From contig JAPLDA010000011.1 of the NCBI GenBank assembly GCA_026391945.1, positions 8,188-72,187 on the forward strand: 64,000 nucleotides of DNA, written 5' to 3'. The notes below the pieces were generated by a model that saw only the letters and a list, made by a program, of their open reading frames with translations, was not told the origin of the DNA and made no database searches. This document shows, one piece after another, positions 57,951-64,000 of this stretch. The first letter of the stretch is position 1, and each line of letters begins with the position of its first letter. The DNA comes from Bacteroidota bacterium (lineage in GTDB: Bacteria; Bacteroidota; Bacteroidia; AKYH767-A; 2013-40CM-41-45). The position numbers and the translations under genes were made by a program.

Positions 57951-58886
57951 TCAGTTACTTCCGGTTAAAATTTTCACAAGCACCGCGAGAGGCGCAAATT
58001 CGAGCGTGCAAAGATATAAAAATAAATAGTAGGGAGAGAAAACAGGTGAGGAGAACCCGATCGCAATGCCCCTGGTAACCCGGTACAGAAAACCGGAACC
58101 AGCGAGGAAGATGGAAAAATAAATAATCCATGCCGGGTTCATCACCGAACTGAAGGCCAGCAATGCAACAGCCGGAACCAAAAGAATCCCGAGCATGTTA
58201 TTGATGAGAAAAATATTAAAAATGTATGCTGCCATTTCTTTTTCGGTTTTGAAAAGATACCCGCAGATTTTCAGGATCATGAATTTCATTGCATACACAG
58301 CTGAAATGAGCAATGCCATAAAAATATACCGGCTGAAACCGTAACCGGTTCCCAGCATTTGCCACCTGAAATGTATGCTGATGAAATACAGCAGCAACGC
58401 GGCCACCAGGGTGAAAACAATGTTGAGCAGGATGGACGCGCGCTGAACAAGAATGTTCTCGTCCCTCACCACCTGGTTCGTCAGGTTGGTATTAAAAAAA
58501 GCGCTGACAATCTGTGCAAAGTATTTATGGTAATACGCCCTCAGCCATGCAAACGATGCAAGGATGAGCAGCAGCAGGGGAAAAATCCAGTCGGGTGTAT
58601 TCCTGTTCAGCGATTGCGGTCCGTTGTGAATGACTTTCAGTTCATGGCTTCCGAAAAAATTGACGGACTTCGTTTGAACGGTGGAGTTCATCAACCCCGT
58701 TTGTTCGTTCAGCGATGATGTTGAATGGGATACCGGGTCAGCATGAACCTCATGGTAAACCGTCGAATCCGCATTTACCTGATTCACGGTTGTCTTATTA
58801 TGAATGGCATGCTGGCTTGCCGTAATCGTTTTGAATGGATCACCATCAGCCGTTTTGTTCCGTACGAGTTTCGAAGAATCCTGCAT
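57951..58886 (-). CDS. DUF4271 family membrane protein
   Basis: Multiple TMs; C-terminal YLFLYLCTLEFAPL; usual position upstream of hemD. Confidence 0.85.
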   Translation of the reverse strand: MQDSSKLVRNKTADGDPFKTITASQHAIHNKTTVNQVNADSTVYHEVHADPVSHSTSSLNEQTGLMNSTVQTKSVNFFGSHELKVIHNGPQSLNRNTPDWIFPLLLLILASFAWLRAYYHKYFAQIVSAFFNTNLTNQVVRDENILVQRASILLNIVFTLVAALLLYFISIHFRWQMLGTGYGFSRYIFMALLISAVYAMKFMILKICGYLFKTEKEMAAYIFNIFLINNMLGILLVPAVALLAFSSVMNPAWIIYFSIFLAGSGFLYRVTRGIAIGFSSPVFSPYYLFLYLCTLEFAPLAVLVKILTGSN

Positions 58887-58954
58887 CAGTCAACGCTAAA
58901 CATCCGGGTAAAAATAAGCAACAGTATTTTTACGCCGGCCGTTTCATCATGAAG

Positions 58955-59914
58955 TTATGAAGATTTTGCAGTGGGTTGTTTGTCGCTTTTTCCGAAATTG
59001 AATATCCGTGAAATGATAAAGCTGAACTTGATGCCGCCTTTCTTCCAGTCATCAACGGTGTTGGCGAGGAAATCGTTTTCAAGAATTCCGGAAGCATTGG
59101 TGAACATGACGGTAAAGACATGGCCGCCGGTTTCAATTTCAAATCCGATTCCCAAAGGATCCGTATGTGTTTCAAACAGGCCTTTCCTGTTTATCGAATA
59201 AAAATAATCAGCGATGATGGAAGTGCTGCGTGTGAATTTCCACCGTGCTCCGCCGCCGATGCTGTACAAATCATTTTCATCATCAGCAGAAACCAGGTTG
59301 CGGTGAAGGAACGACGGGATGATTTCAAAAGAAAATTTTGACGAGAACTTTCTCGAGATGATGGCCTGTGCACAATAGGTAAGCCTGTGTTTGAACTGGT
59401 CCACGAACTCACCGGATTCGGTGGTGACGGTGGCATTTCCGAATACCGTGATGGCAAGCGGAACCGAGTGATTGGTGGTTTGCTGCAACAACCGGAATTT
59501 CAGCAGGCCTTCCAGGTTCTCATCACGTTTGCAACGTCCCACACCTACGGTCAGCCGGTCGGTGATTCCGTAATGAAGCGCGATGCGTATGTCGTTCGAC
59601 TGGTCCAGTCCGTACAGGGTATGCACTCCGCCGCCGCTTTCCCTGCCGATGTTTCCAAACTGGTGGTTCACCCGGAAGTCAAGACATTTTTTCTGCAACG
59701 TTTCATTCGTCTGGGCGTTGATGATTTTATTTCCTTTGAATGCAGCAAGAACTTTTTCATGGGATGGCATGCTTTCTTTCTGAAGTTCTTTCAGCAAATC
59801 GTCCTGAGCCACGCTGCGATGACTGATGGCCAGCAGGAAGAAAAAAGAAAAAAACACCGTCCGCGATTTCAGCAAAAAGATTCTGCCTGTCATTCGGTTT
59901 GTCGTGTGATGCAT
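58955..59914 (-). CDS. DUF5777-family outer-membrane beta-barrel protein (second copy)
   Basis: AQDDLL, AFKG.KIINAQT, FRV.HQFG, YGLD.S.DIRI, IETGGHVF...FTN, F.ISR.F. Confidence 0.85.
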   Translation of the reverse strand: MHHTTNRMTGRIFLLKSRTVFFSFFFLLAISHRSVAQDDLLKELQKESMPSHEKVLAAFKGNKIINAQTNETLQKKCLDFRVNHQFGNIGRESGGGVHTLYGLDQSNDIRIALHYGITDRLTVGVGRCKRDENLEGLLKFRLLQQTTNHSVPLAITVFGNATVTTESGEFVDQFKHRLTYCAQAIISRKFSSKFSFEIIPSFLHRNLVSADDENDLYSIGGGARWKFTRSTSIIADYFYSINRKGLFETHTDPLGIGFEIETGGHVFTVMFTNASGILENDFLANTVDDWKKGGIKFSFIISRIFNFGKSDKQPTAKSS

Positions 59915-59920
59915 ATCGGT

Positions 59921-60349
59921 TCAGTTGTTCTTAAAACCCTGGTGAATCCAGGCCCTTAAAGTAAAGAGATCGCATATTCCCATCGCAGCATTGGACGGCA
60001 TGTGCAAGGGATCTTGTGAAGGAAGCAGCAGTCGTTCTTCAAAATATCCGGAGCGGATACGGTCAGCAATCACTTCGTATGTCCGGTAATCATAATTCGC
60101 ATTACCACCTGAATGGCAGGTTCTGCCCGAGCAATTGGAAGTGATCACCGGTTTGATATCTTTCCTGTAACTGAATGCGGCGGAATCGCAGCCGGCTGGT
60201 TTCATGAATGTTGTTTGAACCGAATCTTTTGTACACCCGTTCATGAGAATTGAAATGACAAAGAAGAGCAATAGTCCCGAAGTTTTTTTATTCTGGAAAA
60301 TCCCAACGGCCGGGAAGCAATGCTTTCGTGTGCAGGCGTTCACTATCAT
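59921..60349 (-). CDS. Cytochrome c-like lipoprotein with an extended CX4CH heme motif
   Basis: Lipobox MNGC; DIKPVITSNCSGRTCH; HMP; WIHQGFKNN. Confidence 0.7.
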   Translation of the reverse strand: MIVNACTRKHCFPAVGIFQNKKTSGLLLFFVISILMNGCTKDSVQTTFMKPAGCDSAAFSYRKDIKPVITSNCSGRTCHSGGNANYDYRTYEVIADRIRSGYFEERLLLPSQDPLHMPSNAAMGICDLFTLRAWIHQGFKNN

Positions 60350-60388
60350 TCTATTCCGTTGGCCGTTTAATGGGCCGACATGAACTGT

Positions 60389-60940
60389 TTATTTCCGGGT
60401 CTTTAAGCAGAACCGGTCGGGTGTTGGCACCGGGCTTCCGCCTTTGGGTTCCAATGTTACAGCCCATTCATCTGCAGCTGCGACCGGTTTTATTCTTTGT
60501 ACTCCTTCATCACCATTGACCCGGAAAACCCCGGCATCTACAGGCTCGTTGCCATTGAAAGCCCAGAGCTGGTATTGCATGGTTGAATCAGGAGACGGAA
60601 GAGAAAGCACGTCAATGTATGTTTCACGTGTATAATGATTCCAGTAAACGCGCGCGATGTAACGCCTGGTGCTGTCGGTGGCCGTGAGTGTGATCACTTT
60701 TGCATTTTCATCGCGCAGGACCAGCAGGTCATTGAATGTTTTTTCAAACGTATTTTTTTCCAGGTTGTATTTCCGTGTCATGTTGTTCATTTCACTCACC
60801 AGGGATACACTCCTGTCTTCCGCTTCACTCCACCGGTCATAGAAAAAATAACTTGCGAATGTGCTGATCACCAGCGATGCAATGCAGGCAACCATCAGGT
60901 ATTTATAGGTAAGCGTATGTGGATGCGGAGGATGTTTCAC
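60389..60940 (-). CDS. Anti-sigma-K factor (RskA) C-terminal domain protein, N-terminally short
   Basis: TM plus coiled coil; QYQLWA....PVDAGVF; AVTLEPKGGS..PT. Confidence 0.8.
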   Translation of the reverse strand: MKHPPHPHTLTYKYLMVACIASLVISTFASYFFYDRWSEAEDRSVSLVSEMNNMTRKYNLEKNTFEKTFNDLLVLRDENAKVITLTATDSTRRYIARVYWNHYTRETYIDVLSLPSPDSTMQYQLWAFNGNEPVDAGVFRVNGDEGVQRIKPVAAADEWAVTLEPKGGSPVPTPDRFCLKTRK

Positions 60941-61183
60941 AGGGCTTTCATGGATGAATGGACTCGTTTGTATTTTCAGAATTTCCTGCCATACTCAGAA
61001 CATAAACAATGTTGCTGCAACAAGCATGTCAATCGAAAAATCGCTGACCAAAGAAAAGAATTTTTCGATTGCGTGTAAAGATATGAAAATATTTTTGTGA
61101 AGAGGGTTCACTGCAATTCAGGAAAATCCGGATGGTGCTTCATCTATTTTCCTAATTTTACACCGTTCAGATTCACGGGAAGA

Positions 61184-61606
61184 ATGGCCAAGACAATTTT
61201 AAAGTTGGATGATGAAGACCAGTTTGATTTCATGCTGATTGGCATTGTCAGCCAGCATAAGGATTACCGGCTGGGGCATGAACTGAATGCAAAATTCGAC
61301 CTGCACCTCACCCGTGAAAATGATCATGAGGTGTTCAACAACAAGCGAATGGAGAAGATCAGTTTTTCAGTTTTTCATTTCGTTACGGATGAAGAAGATC
61401 ATTATCATTTGATTTCCAACAAGGGAAAAAACGGTTTGCTCATCCCCGAACAAAAACAAATTGACTTTTTCCTGGTGATCAGGGAAAATGTAAAAAAAAT
61501 TTCAGAGACTGAAATGATCAACAGGCTGAAGGCGATCAAAGGAGTGCTCGGAGTTTTCAAAACCAATCCCGGCAAATTGAAGTCACGTGAAAATCTTTTA
61601 TTCTGA
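61184..61606 (+). CDS. IPExxxVDY family protein
   Basis: LIGI.S..KDYRL...LN; LLIPEQKQIDFFL; abuts pyk. ATG 61184 preferred. Confidence 0.85.
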   Translation: MAKTILKLDDEDQFDFMLIGIVSQHKDYRLGHELNAKFDLHLTRENDHEVFNNKRMEKISFSVFHFVTDEEDHYHLISNKGKNGLLIPEQKQIDFFLVIRENVKKISETEMINRLKAIKGVLGVFKTNPGKLKSRENLLF

Positions 61607-63033
61607 TGATTCCATTTAATAAAACCAAAATGGTGGCCACGATCGGCCCGGCTTCTTCTTCGGCAGAGATGATTTACCGTATGGTTGAAGCCGGCGTGGA
61701 TGTCTGCCGACTGAATCTTTCTCACGGCAGCTACGATGAACATAAAAAAATCCTGGATCATATCCGTTCGGCGAACCTTAAACTTCATACGCATGCCGCC
61801 ATCCTGGTTGATCTGCAAGGGCCGAAACTCAGGATCGGTGAAGTGGAGAACAATGAAGTGGAACTGGTTCCGGCTGCAGAAATAGAACTCACCACTCGGG
61901 AATGCAAAGGCAATGCAAAGAAACTCTACATCAACTACAGCCAGTTTCCTGCCGATGTGGCCATCGGTGATCATGTGCTGATTGATGACGGGAAAATCCT
62001 GTTGAGTGTTACGGCAACCAACCGTGTTGATTCTGTAAAAGCAGTCGTCATCAATGGTGGGAAACTTTCTTCCAGGAAAGGAGTGAACCTTCCGAAGACA
62101 AAAATTTCTTTGCCCAGCCTTACGCCCAAAGACCTGGAAGATCTTGATTTTGCATTGGAACAAAATGTTGACTGGATCGGGCTTTCCTTTGTAAGAAGCG
62201 CACAGGACATCATCGAACTGAAAAAAATTATTTCTTCCAGGAAAAAAAAGACACGGGTGATCGCCAAAATTGAAAAACCGGAAGCGCTTCTCGAAATTGA
62301 TCACATCATCCGTGAAACCGATGCCTTGATGGTTGCCCGCGGTGACCTTGGCGTTGAACTTCCGATGGAAGAAGTTCCGCTGATCCAGAAGATGCTGGTG
62401 AATAAATGCATCCGTGCAGCGAAGCCTGTGATCATCGCTACACAGATGATGGAATCCATGATCAGCAATTATTCGCCGACGCGTGCTGAAGTAAGTGATG
62501 TCGCCAACTCCGTACTCGACGGCGCCGATGCCGTGATGTTGAGCGGGGAAACTTCCGTTGGAAAACATCCGCTGAAAGTGGTGGAATACATGCAGAACAT
62601 CATCGCTACGGTTGAACGGAAAGGATTTCGTTACAACCGGGAACATAAACCTGACATCACCAGCGAATCCTACATTTCCGATTCGGTGTGTTACAATGCC
62701 TGTGTGATGGCTTCACAGTCGGATGCAAAAGCCATTGTAGGAATGACCCGTTCGGGATATACAGCCTTCAAGGTTTCATCTCAGCGTCCGTTTGCCGACA
62801 TTTTTATTTTTACGGACATCCCCGAACTGCTCAATGTGTTGAGCCTCGTATGGGGAGTGCGCGGATTTTTTTATGATCAATCGGTGAGTACGGATGAAAC
62901 CATCACCGAGCTTCAGCAAATCCTCAAAGAAAAAGGAAGACTGAAAGGCGGCGACATCGTCGTCAACCTGGCGAGTATTCCGCTTGAAGAGCAGGGAAGA
63001 ACGAATATGATTAAACTGGGTAAGGTGAAATAA
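61606..63033 (+). CDS. pyk: Pyruvate kinase
   Basis: TKMVATIGPAS, DLQGPKLR, AKIEK, MVARGDLGVE, ATQMMESM, DAVMLSGET. Confidence 0.98.
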   Translation: MIPFNKTKMVATIGPASSSAEMIYRMVEAGVDVCRLNLSHGSYDEHKKILDHIRSANLKLHTHAAILVDLQGPKLRIGEVENNEVELVPAAEIELTTRECKGNAKKLYINYSQFPADVAIGDHVLIDDGKILLSVTATNRVDSVKAVVINGGKLSSRKGVNLPKTKISLPSLTPKDLEDLDFALEQNVDWIGLSFVRSAQDIIELKKIISSRKKKTRVIAKIEKPEALLEIDHIIRETDALMVARGDLGVELPMEEVPLIQKMLVNKCIRAAKPVIIATQMMESMISNYSPTRAEVSDVANSVLDGADAVMLSGETSVGKHPLKVVEYMQNIIATVERKGFRYNREHKPDITSESYISDSVCYNACVMASQSDAKAIVGMTRSGYTAFKVSSQRPFADIFIFTDIPELLNVLSLVWGVRGFFYDQSVSTDETITELQQILKEKGRLKGGDIVVNLASIPLEEQGRTNMIKLGKVK

Positions 63034-63088
63034 TTTTCCACAGTCAACCATCGACGTTAATTGAAAAACAACAATCAAAATATATTCT

Positions 63089-64000
63089 ATGCCAATCAAT
63101 GTAAACCTGTTAAAAGAAATCTGTGAAATTGCCGGAACATCCGGCTTCGAGCAACGCATACGGGAAGTGGTGATCCGGGAAATTAAACCACTGGTGGATT
63201 CATTCTCGGTCGACTACATGGGAAATGTGATCGCCGTTAAGAAAGGAAAGCAGGATAAGAAAGTCATGGTAGCCGCTCACATGGATGAAATCGGTTTCAT
63301 GGTCACTCATGTTGATGAAAATGGTTTTCTCCGTTTTCATACACTCGGAGGTTTCGATCCGAAAACACTCACGGCCCAGCGTGTGAGTGTTCATGGAAAA
63401 AAAGACCTGGTCGGAGTGATGGGATCCAAACCCATTCACATCATGACACAGGAGGAAAAAACAAAGGCGGCGCAACTGCAGGATTTTTACATCGATCTCG
63501 GAATGCCGAAAGAAGAAGTCGACAAATATATAAGTGTCGGAAACCCGATCACCAGGCAGCGTGAACTCATTGAGATGGGATCGTGTGTGAATTGCAAATC
63601 GATCGACAACCGCGTTTCTGTTTTCATCCTGATCGAAACATTGAGGGAAATGAAAAACAACCCGTACGATGTGTATGGAGTATTCACCGTTCAGGAAGAA
63701 GTGGGAATTCGCGGAGCTTCTGTTGCCGCACATCACATCGGCCCTGATTTCGGTTTCGGACTCGATACCACCATTGCCTATGATGTTCCCGGTGCACAGC
63801 CGCATGAAAAGGTGACGAAGCTGGGTGGAGGAGCTGCCATCAAGATCATGGATTCGTCGACGATATGCGATTACCGCATGGTGGAATTCATGAAGAAAAC
63901 AGCCGATCAGCATAAGATTAAATGGCAACCTGAAATCCTCCAGGCCGGAGGAACCGATACGGCAGGGATACAACGGATGAGTAAGACCGGCTCCATTGCC
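63089..64000 (+). CDS. M42 family aminopeptidase (partial, runs off the window)
   Basis: Not in the ORF track; manual translation gives MPINVNLLKEICEIAGTSGFE...AAHMDEIG...LGGFDP...IDNR...QEEVGIRGA...GGTD. Confidence 0.93.
   Translation, partial: MPINVNLLKEICEIAGTSGFEQRIREVVIREIKPLVDSFSVDYMGNVIAVKKGKQDKKVMVAAHMDEIGFMVTHVDENGFLRFHTLGGFDPKTLTAQRVSVHGKKDLVGVMGSKPIHIMTQEEKTKAAQLQDFYIDLGMPKEEVDKYISVGNPITRQRELIEMGSCVNCKSIDNRVSVFILIETLREMKNNPYDVYGVFTVQEEVGIRGASVAAHHIGPDFGFGLDTTIAYDVPGAQPHEKVTKLGGGAAIKIMDSSTICDYRMVEFMKKTADQHKIKWQPEILQAGGTDTAGIQRMSKTGSIA

Noticed and set aside
61405-62646. 413-aa antisense ORF, and similar long antisense ORFs over sdhA, gcdH, rnc, the S41 gene and the M42 gene
   Set aside because: They lie opposite well-conserved genes and show no recognisable motifs; they are shadow ORFs produced by codon bias.

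Overview
Bacteroidota chromosomal segment. The phylum call rests on T9SS cargo proteins, PorP/SprF, a MurF-Alr fusion, IPExxxVDY-pyk and TAnnTTTG-type promoters. Most genes are housekeeping: sdhCAB, rnc, acyl-CoA dehydrogenase, recJ, gdh, acpP-fabF, sodA, hemW, rsmI, tdk, meaB, rnpA-yidD, hemD, pyk and two S41 proteases. The most notable signal is a repeated cassette of a monoheme c-type cytochrome next to an outer-membrane beta-barrel, present three times (4.7-6.5 kb, 17.5-19.4 kb, 59.0-60.3 kb). Two of these share the order [exported cytochrome c]-[barrel]-[cytochrome c lipoprotein], with paralogous first genes but unrelated barrels. The second cassette lies in a redox/NO-type island with an uncharacterised flavoenzyme-like protein, an NnrS-like membrane protein and an orphan nosZ-associated-type cytochrome. 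A shared ATGACT-NNN-ATCAT palindrome lies near the first two cassettes. Other features: a decayed TonB-family gene missed by the ORF track, a homopolymer-frameshifted lipoprotein in an operon facing a pseudo-receiver regulator, a HigBA-type toxin-antitoxin pair, a 41-aa membrane smORF, and 7/8/9-mer repeat or hairpin elements after stop codons. No rRNA, tRNA, CRISPR array, transposase or integrase was recognised. All family assignments come from motif recognition, not database searches.
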